DNA of 64,000 bases from a bacterium (lineage in GTDB: Bacteria; Patescibacteriota; Minisyncoccia; UBA6257; UBA9933): NCBI GenBank assembly GCA_021796335.1, contig JAJYHZ010000002.1, positions 192,998 through 256,997 of the forward strand. Reading direction: 5' to 3'. Positions 20,439 through 28,858 of the stretch are shown here, piece by piece. The translations under genes were made by a program, and so were the position numbers. The notes beneath the pieces are model-generated. The model was not told the DNA's origin, did not search any database, and was given only the letters and a program-made list of their open reading frames with translations. Every line of letters starts with the position of its first letter. Positions within the stretch are counted from its first letter, which is position 1.

Positions 20439-21215
20439 TTGAGACAATCACTTTTTTTGCTCGGCTTGTTTATGGTCCTTTTTTTGTTTGCTTGTGGAGG
20501 TGGCGGAGGAATTGGCGGCAATAGCGTGAATACATCAAACTCCAATACTCCTTCGGTTAATAATGACATTGTCTCCGATTCCAATAACAGTCCCGATTAC
20601 CAGGGTCAGAACCAAAGGGCGACGAACCCCGTGGCTCAGCCTGACGCTTTTATTCAGGGAACAACTATAGGCAATTGGCCTGGGCCGGAAACCGGCGTTT
20701 TTGAAACCGGATTCATGCCCAATCCCGGTGTTTTATATCCGGTTTCTGGGCCGTTTTCCATTACGCATGATTATTGCAAGCTAGGCTCTTTTTTCTATTA
20801 CAAGCGCGAGGGATATTTGCATTGCGGCGATATCGGACGAGTTTGGACGGAATGCCCGATTGGTTGCATAAATGGAGCGTGTATAGCTCCGGACATAGTC
20901 GTAAAAAATCCGATTACCGGAAACTATTGGACAAAAGGCAATGAGTATCCAATTGAATGGGATTCGAGCTTCGGTTATGTGTCGTCCGATGTATTCATTT
21001 CTCTTTCTTTTTTTTATAACGGGACAATGCAACGGGCCGGCATCGCCAATGTTTCTAACAGCGGGTCTTATATGTGGAAAGTGTGGGGAGGAATTAAGGG
21101 CGTGGACCTTACGAAAGCTTATTGTAAAATAGAGATAAAAGGGAAAGATTTTTCCGGAGCGGATGTGCTGGGTGTCAGTCCGGTTTTTTATATTGTAAAT
21201 CTTCCTTCAAATTAG
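20439..21215 (+). CDS. Hypothetical lipoprotein with C-terminal Ig-like domain (orphan)
   Basis: LFACGGGGG lipobox; AGGAGG RBS; CPIGCINGAC; NSGSYMWKV. Confidence 0.65.
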   Translation: MRQSLFLLGLFMVLFLFACGGGGGIGGNSVNTSNSNTPSVNNDIVSDSNNSPDYQGQNQRATNPVAQPDAFIQGTTIGNWPGPETGVFETGFMPNPGVLYPVSGPFSITHDYCKLGSFFYYKREGYLHCGDIGRVWTECPIGCINGACIAPDIVVKNPITGNYWTKGNEYPIEWDSSFGYVSSDVFISLSFFYNGTMQRAGIANVSNSGSYMWKVWGGIKGVDLTKAYCKIEIKGKDFSGADVLGVSPVFYIVNLPSN

Positions 21216-21233
21216 CTAAAATTTCAAATTATC

Positions 21234-21258
21234 TGCCCCGCTTAAAGCGGGGCATTTT
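21234..21258 (+). terminator. Intrinsic terminator
   Basis: TGCCCCGCTT-A-AAGCGGGGCA then TTTT. Confidence 0.7.
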
Positions 21259-21260
21259 CA

Positions 21261-21294
21261 ATCGTATATCTTGACGATCGTCAAGATATACGAT
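21261..21294. repeat. Solo CGATCG-centred palindrome type B (34 bp perfect)
   Basis: ATCGTATATCTTGACGA|TCGTCAAGATATACGAT; one compensatory pair change versus 34473-34506. Confidence 0.95.
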
Positions 21295-21574
21295 CATTCA
21301 ATCTATAAACCCCTGGTGCAACCAGGGTTATGTTTGAAGGTGACGCTATATGCATATAATGCAATTAAACACAGTCAAAAAAACAATAATTTTTAGCACA
21401 GGCGTGCCATATAATTGATTTCAATCTCCATAATACCACGCTACGAATAAATTTATATAATTTAGATTAAATAATTTATTAATTATCACAAAGAATAGCC
21501 GGCGATTAAGCCGGCAAAAACAATGCCATCGGATGTCAGTCTGATGGTCGTTTTGAATTATAAGACTCGGTTAT

Positions 21575-21613
21575 CGCCTGAGCTTACTTACCGGCAGGCA
21601 GGCTTGTCAAAGG
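21575..21613. repeat. CCTTCGACAAGCTCAGG-family repeat interrupted by a 20-bp CCGGCAGGCAGG mini-element
   Basis: CGCCTGAG[CTTACTTACCGGCAGGCAGG]CTTGTCAAAGG. Confidence 0.6.
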
Positions 21614-21727
21614 CATTTTTATATTTAAGCCAAAATTTTATCCCTCGAGAAATTCAGGAAATAAAATTTTAGCAGTTCGTAATTCAAAGCGAGATATTTT
21701 CTCGGATTTATCTGCTATAATAAATTT

Positions 21728-22177
21728 ATGAATATTTATATCGGCGCAGACCATCGGGGGTTCAAATTAAAAGAATCTCTGAAAAAATTTTTGGACAATA
21801 CGGAATATGAGGTGATTGATCTAGGGAATGATCATTACGACGAAGATGATGATTATCCCGATTTTGCAAAAAAAGTGGCGGAAAAAGTTTCAGAAGATCC
21901 GGAAAATAACAGGGGAATAGTGATTTGTCGATCCGGAGTAGGCGTTTCAGTAACGGCTAATAAATTTAAAAATGTGATCGCCGGGTTAATTTTTAATTCT
22001 GATCAGGCGCTGCTTAGCAGACGAGACGACAATGTAAATGTTTTGGCATTGGCTTCCGAATTTATAAATGGAGATAGCGCGGAAAGGATTGTTGATATAT
22101 GGTTAAGAACGCCGTTTTCCGGGAAAGAAAAAGATGAGCGCAGGTTGGAGAAAATCAAGGAAATTGAGAATGGCTGA
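21728..22177 (+). CDS. rpiB: Ribose 5-phosphate isomerase B (RpiB/LacAB)
   Basis: IGADHRG, DDYPDFA, ICRSGVG, ANKF. Confidence 0.9.
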   Translation: MNIYIGADHRGFKLKESLKKFLDNTEYEVIDLGNDHYDEDDDYPDFAKKVAEKVSEDPENNRGIVICRSGVGVSVTANKFKNVIAGLIFNSDQALLSRRDDNVNVLALASEFINGDSAERIVDIWLRTPFSGKEKDERRLEKIKEIENG

Positions 22178-22346
22178 CGGCGAAGGGCGAATAGTAAATA
22201 GAAAATAACAAATCAAGAATATTTTATTCGGAACTTTTCCGATTTTTTGTTTTCCAATCAAATTTAGTATTTAATCGGTAATTAAAAATTTATTCGGCAG
22301 TGAAATTATTGACATCATTGCCGAATTTTTTTAGGATTATGGCAAT

Positions 22347-23168
22347 ATGGCTTCCAGATCTGAATTTATAAAAAGCAGGTCATTTGAAATCGCATGGGCG
22401 GTTTTTCGTTGTGCTGATTTGGTAAAAAAAGAAAAACTTAAAATAGAACTTGAGGGTGCGGCAGTTGAACTCGTCGCCAAACGAGAACAATTCAAAAGCC
22501 AAAAACATGGCAAGCTTGATTTGCCCCATATTGATAGTCTTCTGGCTATAATAAAATTAGCTGAGGCGGTTAATGAGATAAAGCCGATAAATGCCAAAGT
22601 GCTTTACCGTGAACTGGATAACTTATTAAGAGCTATAAAAGAAGAATTATTTGAAATAGAGAAAGAAGATCGGGAAACTGGAAGCTTAATCGAGGATATC
22701 TTTTCCAAGCCTCCAGCAATTATCCATACGGTTCAGGAAAAAGATATGAGTTCGGCAATTCGGCAAAATATTGATAATTTAGAAAGAACTGAGAAGAAAA
22801 GTGATTTAAAGGAGAGTTTGGCAAGTATTTTTATTGGGCAAGAATTCGGCAATTCGGCGAAATTTACTCACGGGAATTCAAATAAAGCTGTTTTCGACAA
22901 TTCGGCAAATAATAATGCCAAACCAAATTCGGCAGATAATAAAAAAACAGCGGTTTTAGACGAAGGGCAATTGGACTCCTGGCAAGGCCTTATATATAAG
23001 AAGGTAAAAGAATTGGGGTCTATTTCGACCAGGGAAATTTCGGCATTTTTTCCGGAAATAAGCGAAAGAACAGTCAGGTTTTATTTACAAAAGCTGGTGG
23101 AATCAGGGTTTGTTGAAAAAATAGGGAGTACCGGTCCCGGCAGCTACTACAAACTTCCTAATAAGTAA
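22347..23168 (+). CDS. Helical N-domain plus C-terminal DeoR-like wHTH protein
   Basis: ISTREISAFFPEISERTVRFYLQKLVESGFVEKIG. Confidence 0.7.
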   Translation: MASRSEFIKSRSFEIAWAVFRCADLVKKEKLKIELEGAAVELVAKREQFKSQKHGKLDLPHIDSLLAIIKLAEAVNEIKPINAKVLYRELDNLLRAIKEELFEIEKEDRETGSLIEDIFSKPPAIIHTVQEKDMSSAIRQNIDNLERTEKKSDLKESLASIFIGQEFGNSAKFTHGNSNKAVFDNSANNNAKPNSADNKKTAVLDEGQLDSWQGLIYKKVKELGSISTREISAFFPEISERTVRFYLQKLVESGFVEKIGSTGPGSYYKLPNK

Positions 23169-23226
23169 TCGGCAAGTAAATACTCGGTAGTTCGGCAAGG
23201 ATTACTATAAGTAGTTTGGCATTAAG

Positions 23227-23275
23227 TCTAATATTCGACGATCCTGCTGCCGGCAGGCAGGCGTCAAATATTAGA
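23227..23275. repeat. CGATCG-centred palindrome interrupted at its core by a 19-bp GC-rich mini-element
   Basis: TCTAATATTCGACGAT[CCTGCTGCCGGCAGGCAGG]CGTCAAATATTAGA. Confidence 0.75.
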
Positions 23276-23402
23276 TCGGAAATTAAAAATTAGTCTTTAT
23301 TCCAATAAATGAAACAATTTACCCTATATCAGCGTTTTCCTTACAAATCCCTTTTTGGGAGCAGGTTGATTCGATGTCTCGCGAAAGCGGCTGTACAGAG
23401 GA

Positions 23403-23431
23403 TTGACAAAAGAATAAAGCAATTTTAGAAT
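23403..23431 (+). promoter_or_regulatory. Sigma70 promoter of the S-layer-like gene
   Basis: TTGACA-17 bp-TAGAAT. Confidence 0.7.
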
Positions 23432-23803
23432 TAATTATTATATTGGTTTGCCCGGTTAACGGGGCAGACCTGCCGGAAGAAATTTAGAACGCATAAATTT
23501 CTACGGGGTTTAGAGTGAGGCTAAACCCAAGGATAGTTATAAGCATTAGTTTTTAGTGATTAGAATTTTACTGATTACTAACGACTGATATCTAACAACT
23601 AATCACTTTTTTAGTCTCGCTCAAAAGCGAGTTTTTATTTGTTATTAGGACTGTTCTTTTTGTAAAACTGCCACCTAATCCTCACGAGGGTTCGGTAGTT
23701 GGTCGATTATAGATAGGATAGTCTTCTGAAATTCGGTTTTTGTACGATAAAAATTTGTCGTAAAACAAAACAATTAAATTAGTAAATAAAAATTTAGTTC
23801 AAA

Positions 23804-26800
23804 ATGAGTAATATAATCAGAAAGATCGCAGTTGTAGGGCTTTCAGCAACCACTGTGTTGTCTTTTTCTGGAGTTATTTTCTCAGCTTCAGCCGCAACTG
23901 CCGCTGATATCCAAGCCCAAATTCAGGCTTTGGAAACTCAGCTCGCAGCTTTGCAGTCGCAGCTCGGAACCACTTCGGGAACAACTGCTTCAGCAACCAC
24001 TTTTACTCGCAACCTCACTGTGGGTTCAAGAGGAACTGAAGTTTCAGCCTTACAGCAAATTTTGATTAACGCGGGCTTTTTGAAGATCGCTACTCCGACC
24101 ACCTACTTTGGTCCTTTGACAAAAGCAGCTTTGGCTAAATATCAGGCAGCTAATGGCATTAAGCCGGCTGTCGGATATTTCGGACCGATCACAAGAGCTT
24201 ACGTTAATTCATTACAAACAACAACCGGAACTGGAACCGGCACTGGTACTGGAACAGGTACTGGCACTGGAACCGGAACTGGAACCACAACGCCGGCAGC
24301 CGCTGGTTTGACAGTCTCATTGGCTTCAGACAATCCGGCAGCCGCAAGCATTCCTCGAAATTACACTGGACAGGGATCAGAGTTGGTTCCTGTGATGAAA
24401 GTTAATTTCGCAGCAGGAAGCAATGCCGTTACCGTAACCGATTTGAAAGTCAACCGATCAGGCCTTTCAGCCGACAGTGACATTCAAAATGTTTACCTTA
24501 TGGATGGAAGCAATGTAATTGCAACCAACTTAAGCATCAGCAGCGGTGTTATTGATTTCAATAACGGCGCAGGTTTGTTTACGGTTAACGCAAATCAAAC
24601 AAAAGAACTGATTGTTGCAATCAGCTTGGTTGATAGTGTAGCTGCAGGATCAACCTATCAGTTTTCTATTGCCAGCGCTTCATCAGTTACAGCTGGCGGA
24701 GCTGCAATCAACGGAACATTTCCGGTTAGCGGTAATACTATGACTTCTGCTACAGTTACAACTCTTGGCGGAATTCAGATTACCGACAGCTCAACTGGAA
24801 CTTCATCCCCAGGATTATCAGTAAATGCCGGACAAACTCAGTTCCAGGTTGGACAGTTCTCAATTCAGGCGCAGCAGCAATCAATGCAAGTTAAATCAAT
24901 CAAACTTACTTCGGTTGGAAGCGTAGCCTCAACTGATGTACAGAATTTCAAGTTATACAATGGCGGAACTTTGTTGGCCACTGTTCCTTCAGTTGGCTCA
25001 AACAATACCGTTTTGTTTGACTTGTCAGCTAGTCCGTTGCAATTAACCTCGGGACAATCAGCTCAACTTTATGTTTATGCTGATGTTTTGGGCGGTGTAA
25101 ACCGATACTTCCAATTGTCAATCCAGCATGATTACGATGTAGTTGCGCAGGACTTGATGTTTAATATCGGCGTAACACCTTCATTGAACACCGGTTCATT
25201 CCCGATGTATTTGTCTTATGTCAACGTTCAAGCGGGAGCTTTGACTATTACCAAGGATGCAAACTCTCCGGTTAACTATCTGTTGCCGGGAGGAACCAAC
25301 CAAACCATTGCCAAGATTGATTTCCAGGCAACTGGCGAAGCGGTAAGAATCACAAGTTTCGCTGTTAACTTGGCAACTACTACTGGAACAACCGGAACAG
25401 TCTCTAACCTTAAGGTTATTGATGACCAGGGCGTTCAAATCGGTACGACTCAAACATCGCCGACTTTGGGCTCTGATATTTCTTACAGCAATTTGAATTA
25501 CATCATTCCAGCAAATACAACCAGAGTTCTCTCGGTTGTGGTTGATGTATCTTCAGGTTATTCCGGAACATTGCAAGGTACTATAAAGACTATTGTTGGC
25601 CAGGGATACACTTCTCTTGCCTCAATAAGCAATGCTTCCGGTCAGAGCGGCAATTCTTTGACTGCCAACAGCACTCTTTTGAGCGTTGCTCAAAACGGTT
25701 CATTGGGAACAGTCAGCGTTGTTGCCGGACAATCCAATGCCCACATCGCTTCATTTAACTTGACAGCGGGCGCGGCAAGCGGAGTCAGCGTTTCCAACAT
25801 TTCTTTGACCACCGATTCAAAGGCTGGATCAGTACTGAAGAATTTGGTTGTTAAAGTTGGAGGAACTCAGATCGGAACAACTCAGGGCACTGTCAGCGCA
25901 AGCACTGCTTACACTTTCACTGCCTCAACTCCGATTACAATTGCGGCAGGAGGACAGCAGACTGTTGACGTATATGCCGATGTCCAGAGCGGAGCTTCTA
26001 ACGGTACTACAACCATTACCAGCCTTTCCGGCGTATCGGCTATCGCTTCCGCAACAAATCAGGCAATCACCGGAGTTCCGAGTTCTGCAGTAGCCGGTCA
26101 AACCGACACTGTAGCAACTGCCGGAACAATGACTTATGCTGGTTACAACATGCCGGCTGCACAGCAGGTTGGCATGGGAACAACCGGTATCAAGATTGCT
26201 TCATACTTGTTGACAGGTTCTAACAGCGAAGCTATCAACGTTAATAACGTTACGGTAAATTCAACATCGTCAATTGCCGGTTTGCTTTCAAATTACACTT
26301 TGAAAGTCGGCGGAACCACTTATGGCACTCCGTTAACACCGGGATCAGGAACAACAACCTCATTGACATTTGTTGGAACCAATATTCCTGTTGCTCAGAG
26401 CGGAACTGTTGAATTGGATCTTTATGCAGACGCAAACTCATATTCTAATTTGAGCGGCGTTTACACATCGACCAATACGCCTGCAACGGTTACTGTAGGT
26501 ATTCCTTCGATCACTTATCAGGGAACTGCTTCACAGAATACCGGAACTGCAACAAGCACCGATCAAAGCCAGACTTTGACAGTGGTTAGGTCATCCTTGG
26601 CAGCTTCAACTGCTTCGGGTGTTACCTATGGCGGTTCATACAGCAACTACTTGGTTGGCGCTTTCACATTCACTGCTGGAAGCGGCAACAATGTCAGTAT
26701 TTCCGCAATCAATCTTGGAGAATTGATTAACAATGCAAGCTCAAGTAAAACAACTACTACTTTGATCTTGTGGGATAACACTTTGGGACAGGCCGTTGAC

Positions 26801-27079
26801 TCCACCACTACAACTGTAGATGGAACTGGAGCTACAACTACGCTTGCTGCCGCAATTAATATCCCGGCTGGTACTTCTAAAACAATCGCTGTTTACTCAG
26901 ATGTAAGCGGATTTACTACGAAGCCAACCAATCAAACTTCTTCAATCACAGATCAGGTTAACCTGTTTGGCTGGACTTGGAGCGATGGTACAGTTACCAA
27001 TCTTACTCCGGATCCGCGATACAACTTGCCTACAGCGGCAATCACAGGATCAGCTAGCCCGGTCACGATCGTTCAGTAA
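23804..27079 (+). CDS. Secreted S-layer-like protein with peptidoglycan-binding domain
   Basis: Signal peptide, coiled coil, PG_binding_1-like RNLTVGSRGTEVSALQQIL...YFGPLTKAAL, (TG)n linker, Thr/Ser/Gly-rich beta repeats. Confidence 0.8.
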   Translation: MSNIIRKIAVVGLSATTVLSFSGVIFSASAATAADIQAQIQALETQLAALQSQLGTTSGTTASATTFTRNLTVGSRGTEVSALQQILINAGFLKIATPTTYFGPLTKAALAKYQAANGIKPAVGYFGPITRAYVNSLQTTTGTGTGTGTGTGTGTGTGTGTTTPAAAGLTVSLASDNPAAASIPRNYTGQGSELVPVMKVNFAAGSNAVTVTDLKVNRSGLSADSDIQNVYLMDGSNVIATNLSISSGVIDFNNGAGLFTVNANQTKELIVAISLVDSVAAGSTYQFSIASASSVTAGGAAINGTFPVSGNTMTSATVTTLGGIQITDSSTGTSSPGLSVNAGQTQFQVGQFSIQAQQQSMQVKSIKLTSVGSVASTDVQNFKLYNGGTLLATVPSVGSNNTVLFDLSASPLQLTSGQSAQLYVYADVLGGVNRYFQLSIQHDYDVVAQDLMFNIGVTPSLNTGSFPMYLSYVNVQAGALTITKDANSPVNYLLPGGTNQTIAKIDFQATGEAVRITSFAVNLATTTGTTGTVSNLKVIDDQGVQIGTTQTSPTLGSDISYSNLNYIIPANTTRVLSVVVDVSSGYSGTLQGTIKTIVGQGYTSLASISNASGQSGNSLTANSTLLSVAQNGSLGTVSVVAGQSNAHIASFNLTAGAASGVSVSNISLTTDSKAGSVLKNLVVKVGGTQIGTTQGTVSASTAYTFTASTPITIAAGGQQTVDVYADVQSGASNGTTTITSLSGVSAIASATNQAITGVPSSAVAGQTDTVATAGTMTYAGYNMPAAQQVGMGTTGIKIASYLLTGSNSEAINVNNVTVNSTSSIAGLLSNYTLKVGGTTYGTPLTPGSGTTTSLTFVGTNIPVAQSGTVELDLYADANSYSNLSGVYTSTNTPATVTVGIPSITYQGTASQNTGTATSTDQSQTLTVVRSSLAASTASGVTYGGSYSNYLVGAFTFTAGSGNNVSISAINLGELINNASSSKTTTTLILWDNTLGQAVDSTTTTVDGTGATTTLAAAINIPAGTSKTIAVYSDVSGFTTKPTNQTSSITDQVNLFGWTWSDGTVTNLTPDPRYNLPTAAITGSASPVTIVQ

Positions 27080-27111
27080 AGATAGTTTTCCGATAGCACA
27101 TAATCGGATTG

Positions 27112-27142
27112 CAAAACCCCTCGAAAGAGGGGTTTTGTTTTT
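27112..27142 (+). terminator. Intrinsic terminator
   Basis: CAAAACCCCTC-GAAA-GAGGGGTTTTG then T run. Confidence 0.85.
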
Positions 27143-27182
27143 GCGTTTTTGCGTATATGCGTATATGTATATGATGAACTTT

Positions 27183-27229
27183 CCAATCAAATTTTGAGCG
27201 ATCGCTCAAAATTTGATTGGTTATCCACA
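27183..27229. repeat. Palindrome type A (38 bp perfect, 27183-27220) plus DnaA box TTATCCACA (27221-27229)
   Basis: CCAATCAAATTTTGAGCGA|TCGCTCAAAATTTGATTGG. Confidence 0.95.
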
Positions 27230-27300
27230 GAGAAGTTATTTAAAGAATTGCCGTATTATTTGTTATAATTTATTCACATTATATTAATCTTGATAGGGTC

Positions 27301-27852
27301 ATGATAATACATCATATTTTGGAAATAATCAGGGCAGCCGGAATTATTTCGGCTGATGTCGCTTTTACCGATTATCACACTTCTTATAGGAGGATGCGGC
27401 GGATGATGAGATATGGAGTTGATTCTTACTTGGAATTAAACGATTTTAAAAAACATAAGGAGTCCGAGAGAAACAGGTTTAACAGCCTCCTTTGGTATTT
27501 GAAGAAAAAAGGATTGATTGAACGGAAAAAAGGTAATAAATGGAAGATAACGGAAGGCGGAATAAAATGGCTAAAGACGCATTCTCATAAATTGATTCCG
27601 TTTGAAAGCAATGAATTAAAAAAGGGAGAGAAAATAATAATTATTTTCGATATCCCCGAGAAAAGCAAAAAGAAACGAGATTGGCTTAGGAAAAGTTTGG
27701 TTAACATCGATTTTAAAATGCTTCAAAAGAGCGTGTGGATGGGAGATTCGAAATTGCCGGAGGAATTCATTTTGGAAATGAAAAATTTAAACATAATTTC
27801 CTATATCCATATATTTTCGATTAAAGAGAAGGGATCGATTGATTTTAAATAG
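27301..27852 (+). CDS. wHTH + Cas2-like (PaaX-type) protein, copy 1
   Basis: LKKKGLIE...ITEGG wing; IIIFDIPE...RDWLR...LQKSVW; TGTTATAAT at 27261. Confidence 0.8.
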   Translation: MIIHHILEIIRAAGIISADVAFTDYHTSYRRMRRMMRYGVDSYLELNDFKKHKESERNRFNSLLWYLKKKGLIERKKGNKWKITEGGIKWLKTHSHKLIPFESNELKKGEKIIIIFDIPEKSKKKRDWLRKSLVNIDFKMLQKSVWMGDSKLPEEFILEMKNLNIISYIHIFSIKEKGSIDFK

Positions 27853-27922
27853 AAAGCCTATTTTTTGGAAAACCGCGGACGTAGGATGTAAGCCTGCGGA
27901 TATTTTCGCTTTCGATTTTCTC

Positions 27923-27960
27923 CCAATCAAATTTTGAGCGATCGCTCAAAATTTGATTGG
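27923..27960. repeat. Palindrome type A (38 bp perfect), followed by ATGTCCACA
   Basis: Identical to 27183-27220. Confidence 0.95.
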
Positions 27961-28214
27961 ATGTCCACATTTGATATTCGGTTTTATTTTTTATAATGGA
28001 ATTAAGCCTTGTGAGGGGGCTGGATATTTTAATTAAATAGTTTTCATTTGCTGTGGAAAGTATTTTAGGGTCTATGAGTATACAGCTCCCTCAGAAATCT
28101 TTTATAAAAATTTTTAATTGAACTACGCCGTTTTCGGCGTATTTTTGGTTGAAAGAATGTTAAGTAATTGCGATTTATGAATTTAAATAACTTTTAGTTG
28201 CGAATCGTGCGCTT

Positions 28215-28281
28215 TGTCATTTTGATTCACTCGCTGGCGAAGAAAGGGATTCTTTCCCGCCTTTGGCGGACCAGGATGACA
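28215..28281. repeat. REP-like element (GTCATT...GATTCTT...CAGGATGAC family)
   Basis: Similar copies at 13560-13639, 49097-49133 and 52444-52479. Confidence 0.55.
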
Positions 28282-28318
28282 GCAAGCAAGTTTGCAGTTA
28301 AAAGTAAATAAATAAAAT

Positions 28319-28858
28319 ATGACTGAATTTAATCAAAACAACAAGAAGTTTAAAAGCAAATATTGGAAATTTGTCGCCGGATTTTTTATTTTAATATTTT
28401 TGGCGATTGCCGGGTATGCTGTTTGGAACAAATATTTCGGTTCTGAAGCTAGGGCTATAAGAGCGAAACAAAAACAAATTCAATTTACTTTGGACGCGCA
28501 GAAAAAATACGAAGAGGCGATGAAAAACGACACGTACGGCGGCAAAACTCCGGAGGAAACTTTACAGATGTTTACGGGCGCTTTAAAGAAGGGTGATATT
28601 GATTTAGCGAGCAAGTATTTTGTTTTAAGAGAAGACGGAAGTGTTGATCCAAAGTGGGTGGAGGGATTGGGAAAAGAAAAAACGGATGGGAGATTGCAAC
28701 AAATTATAGGCATTATTCAAAGGTCAAAATCTGATTCAGCTCAATTAACTGATTACTCAGCTTGGTTTACCGTAGATGATAATTCAGGGATGGCTGAATA
28801 TACAATAATTTTAAATTTAGATAAGCAATCAGGAATATGGAAAATAGAAAGCTTGTAG
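28319..28858 (+). CDS. Single-TM protein with putative NTF2-like domain
   Basis: DTYGGKTPEETLQMF...GDIDLASKYF...WKIESL; overlaps the next gene. Confidence 0.65.
   Translation: MTEFNQNNKKFKSKYWKFVAGFFILIFLAIAGYAVWNKYFGSEARAIRAKQKQIQFTLDAQKKYEEAMKNDTYGGKTPEETLQMFTGALKKGDIDLASKYFVLREDGSVDPKWVEGLGKEKTDGRLQQIIGIIQRSKSDSAQLTDYSAWFTVDDNSGMAEYTIILNLDKQSGIWKIESL

Noticed and set aside
22254-22265. CCAATCAAATTT half-site of palindrome A upstream of the HTH gene
   Set aside because: A 12-bp AT-rich match without the core or second arm could be chance.
24220-24290. (TG)n peptide repeat as a phase-variable microsatellite
   Set aside because: Codons vary (ACC/ACT/ACA, GGA/GGC/GGT), consistent with a protein linker rather than a slippage tract.
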